From Oscillospiraceae bacterium (GTDB taxonomy: Bacteria; Bacillota; Clostridia; Oscillospirales; Ruminococcaceae): 40,000 nucleotides of DNA. The position numbers and the translations under genes were made by a program. The DNA is taken from NCBI GenBank assembly GCA_045602925.1, contig JAZSCN010000041.1:144290-184289 (forward strand). Direction: 5' to 3'. This document shows positions 25,026 to 34,980 of the stretch, one piece after another; the stretch's first letter is position 1; the number at the start of each line of letters is the position of its first letter. The notes beneath the pieces are model-generated. The model did no database searches, was not told the origin of the DNA, and saw only the letters and a program-made list of their open reading frames with translations.

Positions 25026-25844
25026 TTACTTTGACAGCTCGTAGGCTCTCTTAGTACACGCCTTACAGCAGTCCTCTATACTTTTCTCAAAGCCACCGTT
25101 ATAAAGCTCGGTAAGACCGGCGATAGTAGTGCCACCCTTTGACGAAACCATTGTGATAAGCTCGTCGATAGAATATCCACTATCGGTAATCATTTTTGCT
25201 GAACCGATAAGTGTTTTTGCAAAAAGCTCTTTTGCTGTAGCTTCGTCGATTCCGACTGAGGCAGCATATTCCATAAAGCACTTTGCAAAGAGATATGTAA
25301 AGGCCGGTGATGAGCCATTTACAGCGATAATCTCTTTCATCTTGTCTTTAGAGATAACCTTTGCAGTTCCGCAAGCAGAGAAGATACTGCACACTACATC
25401 AAACTCCTCGTCTGTAACAGCGTCGTTTCTTGAAAGTGCTGATGCACCTTCACCGAGAAGCAGTGGTGTATTAGGCATAACGAGTACAACCTTAGCGTTT
25501 TCTATAGTCATATCTGCGATATACTTATCCGTGATACCTGCTGCTATTGAAACAAACACTGTATTCTCTGTAGTATACGGTGAAAGTTCTTTTAATACTT
25601 CCTCAAACATTTGAGGCTTAACTGCTAAAAAGACATACTTACACTCTTGCATAACATCCTTAATGCTTTTAAGGGCTGTTACGCCATAATCCTTAAGTCT
25701 TTCAACCTGCTGTGCATTTACGTCAAAGGCTGAGAGCTTAATAGCCTTATTGCCGTTAGAGCTATCGCACAGGCCGTTTGCTGACACGCCACGCATAATT
25801 GCATAGCCCATATTTCCGGCGCCGATAAATCCGACTGTTATCAT
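25026..25844 (-). CDS. proC: Pyrroline-5-carboxylate reductase
   Basis: FIGAGNMG Rossmann motif and C-terminal SKGGTTIAGL. Confidence 0.9.
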   Translation of the reverse strand: MITVGFIGAGNMGYAIMRGVSANGLCDSSNGNKAIKLSAFDVNAQQVERLKDYGVTALKSIKDVMQECKYVFLAVKPQMFEEVLKELSPYTTENTVFVSIAAGITDKYIADMTIENAKVVLVMPNTPLLLGEGASALSRNDAVTDEEFDVVCSIFSACGTAKVISKDKMKEIIAVNGSSPAFTYLFAKCFMEYAASVGIDEATAKELFAKTLIGSAKMITDSGYSIDELITMVSSKGGTTIAGLTELYNGGFEKSIEDCCKACTKRAYELSK

Positions 25845-26020
25845 AACAATAACCTCTTAATCATAAATAATATTAAAGAATATTATACTACATTTAGCAC
25901 AAAAAATCAAGAGCGATTTTATACATAAGGCTCATTTGACACACACGATATCTTTACTTTATGAAAGATAAATGATATAATTACTTCATACTATATTTTT
26001 ACAAGCTGAGGTGAAACATC

Positions 26021-26560
26021 TTGGAACTTTCAATTATAAAAGTTGAAAAGGACACTCCCTGCTACAAAGCTGTAAACAGACTCAACATAGAGGCTTTTCC
26101 AAAATGCGAGAGGGTACCGACGGGCAAGCTTTTATCATTCACAAAATCTGGTGGCGAGTTTATTGCCTTTTATGACAAAAACGAGTTTATTGGGTTCTCA
26201 TACTTCAGGTCGGCAATGGGGCTGACGTATATTTGCTTTCTGGCTATTCAAAAGGAAAAGCGTTCGATGGGTTACGGCAGGGCTATACTTGAAAAAATGG
26301 CTATGCTCTACCCTAACAATCAGCTTGTACTTGAGATTGAGCCACTTGACAAGTCGGCAGAAAACTACGAGCAGAGGCTAAGGCGTGCGTCATTTTACTT
26401 AAGCTGTGGATTTAAGGATTCCGGCTATACTTCGGCGTATATGGGGAATGTTTTTGATATCTATTACAAGGGTACGGGCTTTGAGATAAAGCGTTTTTAT
26501 GACCTTTTAGATTCAATGAGGGGTGGAAAATTCCAGCCTGTTGTCACAAAAAAAGAATGA
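26021..26560 (+). CDS. GNAT family N-acetyltransferase
   Basis: TTG start after GAGGTGA. Acetyl-CoA motif region: LAIQKEKRSMGYGRAILEKM. Confidence 0.75.
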   Translation: MELSIIKVEKDTPCYKAVNRLNIEAFPKCERVPTGKLLSFTKSGGEFIAFYDKNEFIGFSYFRSAMGLTYICFLAIQKEKRSMGYGRAILEKMAMLYPNNQLVLEIEPLDKSAENYEQRLRRASFYLSCGFKDSGYTSAYMGNVFDIYYKGTGFEIKRFYDLLDSMRGGKFQPVVTKKE

Positions 26561-26570
26561 TTTTTTACAA

Positions 26571-26604
26571 GACAGAGTCATAACAAAAATGGCTCTGTTT
26601 TTTT
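26571..26604 (+). terminator. Intrinsic terminator
   Basis: ACAGAG...CTCTGT stem followed by TTTTTTT. Confidence 0.7.
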
Positions 26605-26650
26605 GTCTTATTTTAAACTCCACCACGCAAACGCCCTAAAATCAGCTATC

Positions 26651-26728
26651 TCTACCAGTGGTAGACGGACTCTCTACCCTGTAATAGAGTCCTATTCCCT
26701 CTCTTTCTACCACAAAATCGCATGGTAG
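26651..26728. promoter_or_regulatory. Three palindromes sharing a CTACC half-site (candidate operators) upstream of degV
   Basis: TCTACCAgTGGTAGA (26651-26665, perfect), CTCTA-N8-TAGAG (26672-26689), CTACCA-N10-TGGTAG (26707-26728). Confidence 0.45.
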
Positions 26729-26729
26729 G

Positions 26730-26759
26730 TTGATAAGGTGCTAAGATTATGCCTATAAT
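26730..26759 (+). promoter_or_regulatory. Candidate promoter for degV
   Basis: TTGATA, an 18-nt spacer, then TATAAT. Confidence 0.55.
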
Positions 26760-26795
26760 ATAGACAGAGAAGAAACCGCACAAGGAGACTATTCT

Positions 26796-27674
26796 ATGAA
26801 CTACACAATTGTTACAGATTCCGCATCGAACATTCCTACAGAGCTTGCGGCAAAATACGATATCAGAGTTATCACGATGTCGTACTTTCGTGATGGAAAA
26901 GAGTACGCTTGCAAGGACACGTCGAAGTGGAACTGTCACGCTTACTATCAGCGAATTCGCGATGGTGCAAAAATCACGACTTCGCAGATAAACCCTCAAA
27001 GATACTTTGACATATTTTCTGAGATATGCGAGAGTGGCAACAACGTTTTATTCGTTGGATTATCATCCGGGGTAAGTGGTTCCTTTAACTCGGCTAAGAT
27101 TGCAAGGAGTCAGGTTTTAGAAAGATTCCCTGAGAGAAAAATAGTTCTTATAGATTCTCTTGGTGCTTCAATGGGCGAGGGACTGCTTGCACTGAGGGCT
27201 GGTATTCTAAAAAAAGAGGGCTTCAGCTTAAGGGTAGTCAGAGATGAGCTACTACGGATGGTAGACAAGATGTTCCAGATATTCACTGTAGACGACCTTA
27301 TGCACTTAAAGAGGGGTGGCAGGCTTTCGGGAATATCTGCAGGCATTGGAACTGTACTAGGAATAAAGCCACTTCTCACCGGCAACGTTGAGGGCAAGAT
27401 AATCGCCTTCAGCAAGGTAAGAGGAAGAGCTAAGTCAATTGAGGCTCTTGCGCAAAAATACGAAGAGCTTGTGGAAAATCAGGCTATACAGACTGTTGCT
27501 ATTTCTCAGGCTGACTGTCCTGAGGATGCACAGCTTCTAAAAAAGCTTATTATGAAAAACAAGCCACCAAGGGAAGTTATGATTGTAGATTTTGAGCCTG
27601 TGACCGGCTCTTATGTAGGTCCTGGGGCACTTGCACTATTCTTTTTATCACACGAGGGTGCAAGACTTAAGTAA
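26796..27674 (+). CDS. DegV family fatty-acid-binding protein
   Basis: MNYTIVTDSASNIP..., ...IDSLGASMGEG.... AAGGAG SD. Confidence 0.88.
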   Translation: MNYTIVTDSASNIPTELAAKYDIRVITMSYFRDGKEYACKDTSKWNCHAYYQRIRDGAKITTSQINPQRYFDIFSEICESGNNVLFVGLSSGVSGSFNSAKIARSQVLERFPERKIVLIDSLGASMGEGLLALRAGILKKEGFSLRVVRDELLRMVDKMFQIFTVDDLMHLKRGGRLSGISAGIGTVLGIKPLLTGNVEGKIIAFSKVRGRAKSIEALAQKYEELVENQAIQTVAISQADCPEDAQLLKKLIMKNKPPREVMIVDFEPVTGSYVGPGALALFFLSHEGARLK

Positions 27675-27694
27675 TACTCAAGGAGGTTATTTTT

Positions 27695-28366
27695 ATGACT
27701 AGAACAAAGCTTTGCGACAGAAAGCTTCCGAGCTATACTAAGGGCGAAGAAATTTTCAATATGTCCTCACACATTATCGGTGCAGGACTTGGTATTACAG
27801 CTATTGTACTTTGCATTATCAAGTCTGTTATAGCTACTGATGCTTGGGCTGTAGTAAGCTCGGCGATTTACGGAAGCTCGCTGATTCTTCTTTACACGGC
27901 GTCAAGTGTTTATCACGGATTAAGGCCGGGAATGGCAAAGAAGGTTATGCAGGTTGTTGACCATTGCACGATTTATTTCCTAATTGCAGGAACATACACA
28001 CCGATTCTACTCACCTCGATAAGAAAAGTGAACCCGACGGTTGCGTGGGTGCTATTTGGAATAGTATGGGGAGTATCTTCGATAGCTACAGTGTTTACGG
28101 CTATTGACCTGAAAAAATACTCAAAGTTCTCGATGATATGCTATATCGGGCTGGGCTGGTGCATTGTAATAGCATCCAAGATTGCGCTTGAAGCTATTAC
28201 GACAAACGGACTTGTACTTTTACTGCTGGGTGGAGTGGCATACACTGTTGGCGCTGTAATATACGGACTTGGCAAGAAGCACAGATACATGCACTCGGTA
28301 TTTCACATCTTTGTTGTTCTGGGAAGCTTATTACACTTCTTCTGCGTACTATTTTATGTAATTTAA
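27695..28366 (+). CDS. Hemolysin III / PAQR family membrane protein
   Basis: Seven TM helices with conserved SSxYH and HxxxH-type motifs (SSVYHG, HIFVVLG). Confidence 0.85.
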   Translation: MTRTKLCDRKLPSYTKGEEIFNMSSHIIGAGLGITAIVLCIIKSVIATDAWAVVSSAIYGSSLILLYTASSVYHGLRPGMAKKVMQVVDHCTIYFLIAGTYTPILLTSIRKVNPTVAWVLFGIVWGVSSIATVFTAIDLKKYSKFSMICYIGLGWCIVIASKIALEAITTNGLVLLLLGGVAYTVGAVIYGLGKKHRYMHSVFHIFVVLGSLLHFFCVLFYVI

Positions 28367-28376
28367 GACATTAGAA

Positions 28377-28414
28377 ACATCCCCTTGAAGAATAATCTTC
28401 GAGGGGATGTCTTT
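28377..28414. terminator. Hairpin between convergent genes
   Basis: ACATCCCCTTGAAG / CTTCGAGGGGATGT long stem. The U-tracts are weak. Confidence 0.5.
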
Positions 28415-28431
28415 ATACGATGATATTTACC

Positions 28432-29169
28432 TTACCACATAAAGTCGGTGGTTGGGGCTTTTGGCATTTCGGGGACGGGAGGCTGAGAGGCTTCGGCAAT
28501 TCTTATTGCCTTTTCTATTTCATACTCCCCTACTAAGTCGTTAAACATCTCATTCAGTGGGAAAAGTGCGTCGAAAACCTCTGCGACACGCTTTGCAAGC
28601 TTAGGGCTATATAAAGTCTTTTTATTTGTGACCTTGACGAAGGCTGTGAGCCCTTTTTTGCTGAAAAATCTTTCTGCATCCTTTATCCTACAAGGCTTAG
28701 GGCGCTTATACTCTTCACCTTCAAAAATCACGCCAAAGTCCTCTTCGAGAATTTTTACAAGGCCTAAAAAATACTCGGGGGCTTGCTCTAGGCGACTTCT
28801 GAAAAGCTCCATAACGCCGGCTTCCGGCTTTGAAATTCTAAAGCCAAAGACTGCACCGTCGGCAGAGAGCTCAAAAAACAGGCTTGGCGTTCTGCTCCAA
28901 TAATATGCTTCTCGCCTTATGACGAGCCACATATCCTCTCTATATTTCTTAAAGGGTGGGTACATTTCGTCTCTATATATTCTGCCTGCTTTTGACATCA
29001 TCCCGGGGATATTTGAAAAAGGTTTATAGAGTTCCTCACACAGTTCCTTCATTGGATGATAGACGCAATCAAGGTAGGTTTTTTTATTATCCTCAAACCA
29101 CTGCTTATTGTTATTTTCTCTTATGCCACGAAGAAACTCGAGCGATTCTTTTGAAAAGCCTTCAAACAT
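28432..29169 (-). CDS. DUF2461 (TIGR02453) family protein
   Basis: MFEGFSKESLEFLRGIRENNNKQWFEDNKKTY is the typical N-terminus of this family as I recall it. The start choice is uncertain. Confidence 0.7.
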   Translation of the reverse strand: MFEGFSKESLEFLRGIRENNNKQWFEDNKKTYLDCVYHPMKELCEELYKPFSNIPGMMSKAGRIYRDEMYPPFKKYREDMWLVIRREAYYWSRTPSLFFELSADGAVFGFRISKPEAGVMELFRSRLEQAPEYFLGLVKILEEDFGVIFEGEEYKRPKPCRIKDAERFFSKKGLTAFVKVTNKKTLYSPKLAKRVAEVFDALFPLNEMFNDLVGEYEIEKAIRIAEASQPPVPEMPKAPTTDFMW

Positions 29170-29330
29170 AAGTCTATCGGTACTCCTTACACATCGTTTT
29201 TTCACTCTTATTTTAACATCAAATATTAAAAAAATAAAGCGTTTTTTCTAATCTTTTTTTCTTTGTGCAAAATGTATTGTACGCACCAAAATATATTATA
29301 AATTTTGGTCAATTATTTTCGTTAAAGAAC

Positions 29331-29359
29331 TTGACATTTTTAAAAGCTCGTTATATAAT
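29331..29359 (+). promoter_or_regulatory. Consensus promoter for the surface protein gene
   Basis: TTGACA, a 17-nt spacer, then TATAAT. Confidence 0.65.
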
Positions 29360-29426
29360 GTTATTACACTAGCAATTATTATCAAATTGTATATTTGCAA
29401 AAATATTTATGGAGGTTTTGGAAACT

Positions 29427-31358
29427 ATGAAAAAGAGATTTCTAGCTACTCTTACAGCATTTGTTTTTGGCGTTACTACGCTCGGTGCTGTTGCTTCTGC
29501 AGGTTCTGCTGCTAAAGACGGTGTTGAAGTTCTCACCGGAACTTATGAAGGCAGCGAATACTACATTGAAGACATGCCTTTAGGTGTTGCAAACTCATTC
29601 CACCTTTTCGCATTCGATTCTATCGTACTTAAGGCTCACTGTAATGGTAACTTTGCTGCACCTAGTGTTGACGCTTCTCAGGCAAGCGGTACTAATCAGA
29701 ACAATCGTCCGGACACAGGTACATTCCCTGGTATGGAAATCGAAGTCAGCATCGCTACAGAAAACATTAATATCAATGGTTCTACTTGTATGACCGACCT
29801 TCTTGTTCCAATGGATGTCGAGATTACTAATGCTAACGGCGAATACGGAATTACTAACCCTGTAAACAATCAGGTTAGAATCGACGGCAATCTCGTTGAT
29901 ATGAACCACTCAACCAGAAGATACCTTTACCATGTTGAAAAAGATTACATTGATTTTGAAGCTTATCAGCAAGAATATGCTCAGCTCTCAAAGAATCTTT
30001 CAAAGCTTAGTGAAAATGTTATGACCGAATTTAGAGATAACAGATTGTCTATCGTTCTTAATGACGAGGGCATGAACGTTGTTAACATCACAGGTCAGGA
30101 ATTCTATGATGCACAGAACGGCTTTGACATCTACAATGCACAGTACGAAAACGGCAAGTATTCCGGTAAACAGAGCTGTATCATCAATGTTGACCTTGCT
30201 GGTTACCAGCTTTACGAAACAAATTCTCAGGTTACAATCTACCGCTCTGATAAATCAACTGTTCACAACAAGGAAGAAAACGTAAACGACGGCACAATCG
30301 TTCTTTGGAACTTCTATGATAGCTCTGCTGCAGACGGAATTTATCGTGGAACTGTTAGATACGGAAAGACTTCACTCGGTAGCGTTCTCGCTCCTTACGC
30401 ACACGTTGCTGCTGACCAGAACGTTGACGGTAACATTATAGCAAACACAATCAGCACAGGTGCTCAGTCACACAGATGCGACTTTATGGGTCCACTCGAA
30501 CTTAACGGTTCTTCAACAACTACTACACCTCCAGAGGAGACAACAACTACTACAACAACAACTACTACAACAGAACCTACCACTACAACCACAACAACAG
30601 AACCTACCACTACAACAACTACAACAGAACCTACTACTACAACCACTACAACAGAACCTACAACAACAACTACTACAACTACAACAACAACTACTACAAC
30701 TACAACAACTACTACAACAACTACTACAACAACTACTACAACAACTACTACAACAACAACTACTACAACAGAACCTACCACTACAACCACAACAACAGAA
30801 CCTACTACTACAACTACTACAACAGAACCTACCACTACAACCACTACAACAGAACCTACTACTACAACTACTACAACAGAACCTACCACTACAACCACTA
30901 CAACAGAACCTACCACTACAACCACTACAACAGAACCTACTACTACAACTACAACAACCACAACTCCTGAGGAGACCACAACAACTACTACAACAACTCC
31001 AGAGGAGACAACTACTACAACAGGTTCACTTATCGGTGGCAGTGGTGATGAATCAACAACAACCACAACAACTACAGAAGAAACAACTACTACAACAACC
31101 ACTCCGGAAGAGACTACAACTACAACAACCACAACTCCGGAAGAGACAACGACTACTACAACAGGTGGCAATCTCACAGGTGGTTCTAATGACGACGGAA
31201 CAACAACCACTACAACAGGTGGAAATCTCACAGGTGGTTCCGGTGATGACAACCCACAGACCGGTGATACTGTTCCAGCTCTTATGACAGTTGCAATTTC
31301 TGCAGTAGCAGTAATAGCTTCCCTCAAGAAGTCAAAGAAGGAACGCTACTATCACTAA
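29427..31358 (+). CDS. Cell-wall-anchored surface protein: signal peptide, choice-of-anchor-A-like domain, long poly-Thr/TEP stalk, NPQTG sorting signal
   Basis: I place the start at MKKRFLATLTAFVFG after GGAGG. The C-terminus has NPQTG, a hydrophobic segment and KKSKKERYYH. Confidence 0.85.
   Translation: MKKRFLATLTAFVFGVTTLGAVASAGSAAKDGVEVLTGTYEGSEYYIEDMPLGVANSFHLFAFDSIVLKAHCNGNFAAPSVDASQASGTNQNNRPDTGTFPGMEIEVSIATENININGSTCMTDLLVPMDVEITNANGEYGITNPVNNQVRIDGNLVDMNHSTRRYLYHVEKDYIDFEAYQQEYAQLSKNLSKLSENVMTEFRDNRLSIVLNDEGMNVVNITGQEFYDAQNGFDIYNAQYENGKYSGKQSCIINVDLAGYQLYETNSQVTIYRSDKSTVHNKEENVNDGTIVLWNFYDSSAADGIYRGTVRYGKTSLGSVLAPYAHVAADQNVDGNIIANTISTGAQSHRCDFMGPLELNGSSTTTTPPEETTTTTTTTTTTEPTTTTTTTEPTTTTTTTEPTTTTTTTEPTTTTTTTTTTTTTTTTTTTTTTTTTTTTTTTTTTTTTEPTTTTTTTEPTTTTTTTEPTTTTTTTEPTTTTTTTEPTTTTTTTEPTTTTTTTEPTTTTTTTTTPEETTTTTTTTPEETTTTTGSLIGGSGDESTTTTTTTEETTTTTTTPEETTTTTTTTPEETTTTTTGGNLTGGSNDDGTTTTTTGGNLTGGSGDDNPQTGDTVPALMTVAISAVAVIASLKKSKKERYYH
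30514..31220 (+). repeat. In-frame Thr-rich low-complexity region with 27-nt tandem repeats (EPTTTTTTT)
   Basis: GAACCT recurs every 27 nt at 30573-30654 (4 copies) and 30771-30933 (7 copies). These blocks flank a long uninterrupted ACN run. Confidence 0.9.
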
Positions 31359-31390
31359 ACTGTAGTCACAAAGTTTAGCACTAACAAAGC

Positions 31391-31425
31391 AAGGGTATCG
31401 AGCTACTAAGCTCGGTACCCTTTTT
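31391..31425 (+). terminator. Intrinsic terminator
   Basis: AAGGGTAtCGAGC / GCTCGgTACCCTT stem followed by TTTTT. Confidence 0.75.
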
Positions 31426-31508
31426 ATGTAGTATTCTTCTTTATGGCAATGACGCTGACATTAAATTTTTGCTGTTTTTAATATATTCTTAAACGCTAAT
31501 ACTGGCAA

Positions 31509-31543
31509 CAAAAAGCACTGCGACATTTCTCTGTCACAGTGCT
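31509..31543 (-). terminator. Terminator after putP
   Basis: AGCACTGcGACA / TGTCaCAGTGCT stem with TTTTT on the minus strand. Confidence 0.7.
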
Positions 31544-31568
31544 TTATTAGCATTGATATCATTTGAAG

Positions 31569-33110
31569 CTAGTTTTTCATTTCAACCTTTACTGCGTCAA
31601 ACTCGTCTATAATCTCCTGCTCAGGCTTAGCTGTGAGGAGTGAAACTACTATGATTGTAATAAGTGCGCAGACAAATGCAGGGAGAAGCTCGTAGATTGC
31701 GAACACGCCACCGAGCTTAGAGATAAAGAACTTCCAAACGAAGACCATAACTCCACCTACCACGAGGCCTGACATTGCGCCCCACTTATTTGTTCTCTTC
31801 CAAAAGAGAGCTGTAAGCATAAGTGGTCCGAAGGTTGCGCCGAAGCCTGCCCAAGCAAATGACACGATTCTGAATACTGAGCTATCCTCATTCCAAGCGA
31901 TTACCACGCCTAAAACTGCAATTACTACGAGTGCGAGTCTTGCAACGAGCATTGAAGCCTTCTGGGAAAGGTTAACCTTGAACACGCCCTTGATGATGTT
32001 TTCTGACATACTGGAGGATGCTGCAAGGAGCTGTGAGTCGGAGGTTGACATTGTACAAGCGAGGATACCTGCAAAGATAAGGCCTGCTATACAAGCTGCG
32101 AGGATGCCGTTTTCGCTAAGGAGAGTAGCTATCTTCATAACTACACTTTCGGAAGCGGCACCATCGAGTTTTACAATTTTACCGCTGGCTGAAAGAGCAT
32201 TGCCGATAAAGCCGACGAAGATTGCGATTGCCATTGAAATTACAACCCATACTGAAGCGATTCTTCTTGAAGTCTTAATCTGCTCCTTATTCTTTGTTCC
32301 CATAAATCTAAGGAGGATATGAGGCATACCAAAGTAGCCAAGTCCCCAAGCGAGAAGTGAAGCGATAGTAAGAATAGAATACTTATCTGCACCACCGGTT
32401 ACTACATTATGGATATTGCTTAGTGAGAAGTAGCCTGCGATACCCTTTGCGTTTTCAACAACCTCATTAAAGCCACCTGCTGTATGTACGCCGAAAATTA
32501 CGAGGATAACAAGTGCGAGAGTCATTACGATACTCTGTATAAGGTCAGTTGTACTAGCTGCTAGGAAGCCACCTGTACTTGTGTAGAGGATGATAACGAT
32601 TGCACTGATTATCATTGCAATATGATAATCCCAACCAAAGAGTGTGTTAAACAATCTTCCGCAAGCGGCAAAGCCTGAAGCTGTATACGGAACAAAGAAC
32701 ACAAGAATAATAAGTGCTGATACGCCGAGGATTATTCTTGACTTATCTCTAAAGCGGTTTGAGAAAAAGTCCGGAATAGTGATAGAGTTATTACACTTTT
32801 CAGAATAGATTCTCAGTCTTTTTGCGACTATAAGCCAGTTTAGATATGTACCGATTGCAAGACCGATAGCAGTCCAACCTGCCTCTGCACCTCCTGTAAG
32901 ATAAGCAACTCCAGGAAGTCCCATAAGAAGCCAGCTACTCATATCTGATGCTTCTGCACTCATTGCAGAAACAAATGGGCCGAGCTTTCTACCACCTAGA
33001 TAGAAGTCGCTTACGTCTTTATTCTTTCTTGAATAATAGACGCCTATCATAACCATTGCCGCGAGGTACACGAGAATGGTTACGAGCATACAAATTTCAT
33101 TTGAAGACAT
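31569..33110 (-). CDS. putP: Sodium:proline symporter (SSS family)
   Basis: DFYLGGRKLGP..., with 12-13 TM helices typical of PutP. The start is uncertain (ATG 33110 or GTG 33149). Confidence 0.85.
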   Translation of the reverse strand: MSSNEICMLVTILVYLAAMVMIGVYYSRKNKDVSDFYLGGRKLGPFVSAMSAEASDMSSWLLMGLPGVAYLTGGAEAGWTAIGLAIGTYLNWLIVAKRLRIYSEKCNNSITIPDFFSNRFRDKSRIILGVSALIILVFFVPYTASGFAACGRLFNTLFGWDYHIAMIISAIVIILYTSTGGFLAASTTDLIQSIVMTLALVILVIFGVHTAGGFNEVVENAKGIAGYFSLSNIHNVVTGGADKYSILTIASLLAWGLGYFGMPHILLRFMGTKNKEQIKTSRRIASVWVVISMAIAIFVGFIGNALSASGKIVKLDGAASESVVMKIATLLSENGILAACIAGLIFAGILACTMSTSDSQLLAASSSMSENIIKGVFKVNLSQKASMLVARLALVVIAVLGVVIAWNEDSSVFRIVSFAWAGFGATFGPLMLTALFWKRTNKWGAMSGLVVGGVMVFVWKFFISKLGGVFAIYELLPAFVCALITIIVVSLLTAKPEQEIIDEFDAVKVEMKN

Positions 33111-33239
33111 TTGATTTATCACAGCCGAAATTTCTCGACTATGACGCACTCCCCCTTTTCTTAATAATACTTATCTTGTATTATACCACAAAATCTTTAC
33201 GATTACAAGCAAAAGTTTTGCGTAATATCACTTTACAGC

Positions 33240-33265
33240 AAAAAAGCCGACCAGCAGTCGGCTTT
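33240..33265 (-). terminator. Terminator after the 144-aa gene
   Basis: AAGCCGAC / GTCGGCTT stem with TTTTTT on the minus strand. Confidence 0.7.
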
Positions 33266-33270
33266 ACGCT

Positions 33271-33705
33271 TTAAAGATAATTTTTAACCTTGACTCTAAG
33301 GCTTTCTTCCTCCTCTATAAGCTCCTTTGAGATATTCTTAGAGCTTTCGTCTGCTGCTTTATACTGATTAAGATACTTAGTAAGCGACTTTATACCCATA
33401 TTACAGCCATCGGTAATAAAATCTGCTATAGCTGTATCGGTGGCGTTAAGGGCAAGTGTTATATTCGTTTTGACCCACTCCATGCCCTTTGCCATTACGG
33501 CGGGTTCTTTTCCGATATCGTTATACTTTAGAAGGAGCGACTGCATTTTTTCTTCTATTCGTTTATGTGCACTGAGGCTATCCGTCATTGCTTTTTTGAG
33601 CTCCTCGTTCTTGACATAGCCAACAGAATCCTCGATTGAAGAGATGCCCATCTTCACGCCTGCGTCGCATTCTCTCAAGAGTCTGATTGTATCCTTTTCT
33701 ACCAT
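33271..33705 (-). CDS. Hypothetical helical cytoplasmic protein (144 aa)
   Basis: Clean ORF bounded by terminators. No motif I recognise. Confidence 0.6.
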   Translation of the reverse strand: MVEKDTIRLLRECDAGVKMGISSIEDSVGYVKNEELKKAMTDSLSAHKRIEEKMQSLLLKYNDIGKEPAVMAKGMEWVKTNITLALNATDTAIADFITDGCNMGIKSLTKYLNQYKAADESSKNISKELIEEEESLRVKVKNYL

Positions 33706-33803
33706 TTAATTCACTCCAATAAATCAATTTATGGAGATAGTATTGGCAACATTTCTAATAATATACAAATTCGGCAGGAACACTAATGCTCCTGCCGATA
33801 GGC

Positions 33804-34676
33804 TTAGTCATTACACTTAAAGACGTCGGCTACCTCGCTGATAGTCACGAACGCTTTAGGGTCGATTGTATGTATTATTGTACGCATTTTTGAAATCTGA
33901 AATCTATTTACGACAAAATAGATTATAGTTTTTTCGTCATTTGAATAGCCACCCAAGGCAGCGATTTTAGTAGTTCCACACTCGAACTCCTCGATAAGTG
34001 CGGAGCTTATTTCTTCCGGCTTACCTGTAATTATCATAACCTCTTTTGAACGGTCGAAGCCTTCGACGATAAAGTCAACGGTTTTAAGGCCTGCGGCATA
34101 GGTTACTATTGAATAGAGTGGCAAAATCCAGCTTTCGATTACAAAGCCACAGATGATATAAAGACCGACATTGAATATCATAACAAAGGTACCGACGGTT
34201 ATATTAAGCTTCTTTGCAAATATTACTGCGAGTACATCCACGCCGTCGATTGCGCCACCATATCGTATTGTAAGGCCGCTACCGACTCCAGAAATAATGC
34301 CTCCGAAGAGTGCACACAGCAATAAATCCTCGCCTGCAAGTGGTGAGGCGATACTGACATCTATAGGCAGTACGTCGGTTATAAGGAACGAGCCGACAGA
34401 ATACACCACCACTGCAAAGAGCGAATATATGGTAAAGGCTACTCCCTGCTTTTTAAGTCCGAACAAAAATATTGGGACATTCAGCAATATGAGAAAAAGT
34501 GGCAAGGTGAACTTCTCGGGGGTTATTTGTGACAAGAGAATAGAGGTTCCTGAAATTCCACTGTCATACAATCTGACGGGAGCTAAAAAGATATTTACGC
34601 CAAAGGCATTTATGCAGCCTGCCAAGAGCAGAAAAATAAAGTTCTGCCAGCGCAGTTTATTGAGGATGTTCTTCAA
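33804..34676 (-). CDS. YitT family membrane protein (DUF161 repeats + DUF2179 C-terminal domain)
   Basis: GxNxFLxP-type TM repeats and a C-terminal soluble domain (MIITGKPEEISSALIEEF...TISEV). Confidence 0.8.
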   Translation of the reverse strand: MKNILNKLRWQNFIFLLLAGCINAFGVNIFLAPVRLYDSGISGTSILLSQITPEKFTLPLFLILLNVPIFLFGLKKQGVAFTIYSLFAVVVYSVGSFLITDVLPIDVSIASPLAGEDLLLCALFGGIISGVGSGLTIRYGGAIDGVDVLAVIFAKKLNITVGTFVMIFNVGLYIICGFVIESWILPLYSIVTYAAGLKTVDFIVEGFDRSKEVMIITGKPEEISSALIEEFECGTTKIAALGGYSNDEKTIIYFVVNRFQISKMRTIIHTIDPKAFVTISEVADVFKCND

Positions 34677-34980
34677 GGTATATACTCCTTTCGGTATAAT
34701 TCATTTCATCATATATATTGTAACACACATAACGTTTTTCTTCAAGCTCTAAAGTGTAGTAATTTAAGCTTTTTAGGGGTATAAATACTGACAACCCGGC
34801 TTATTGCAACAATGATTTTAGCATAGCGAGAAATGCCACTTTTAAAGGGCGAAATTTTGTGAAATTTACCGATAAAAAAATTGCGAAAAACCCTTGACAA
34901 TACGGCAAAAATGTATTAAATTTTAATAGTGGTGTTATTTTTAAGCCCGCTTATTTTAGCAACGAAAGGACAGTATAGCT

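Noticed and set aside
26652-26999. 115-aa minus-strand ORF overlapping the degV start and promoter
   Set aside because: It has no SD, runs antisense across a well-supported DegV gene and its promoter, and its Cys/Arg-rich composition is typical of a spurious frame.
30573-30960. 27-nt tandem repeats considered as a CRISPR-like array
   Set aside because: The repeats are contiguous with no unique spacers. They are in frame with a coding sequence (EPTTTTTTT), and no cas genes or leader are present.
30460-31327. Long ORFs 30460..31287 (+, Q/L-rich) and 30464..31327 (-, poly-Val) overlapping the surface protein gene
   Set aside because: They are alternative-frame and antisense readings of the ACN/Thr repeat. 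They are low complexity with no SD or independent signals, and the Thr frame is continuous with a signal peptide and a sorting signal.
34750-34980. Purine riboswitch or PurR boxes upstream of purC
   Set aside because: I could not find the conserved purine-aptamer junction sequences. There are only three loose GCGA(A/G)AA motifs (near 34829, 34850 and 34883) with irregular spacing, which is not enough to call.
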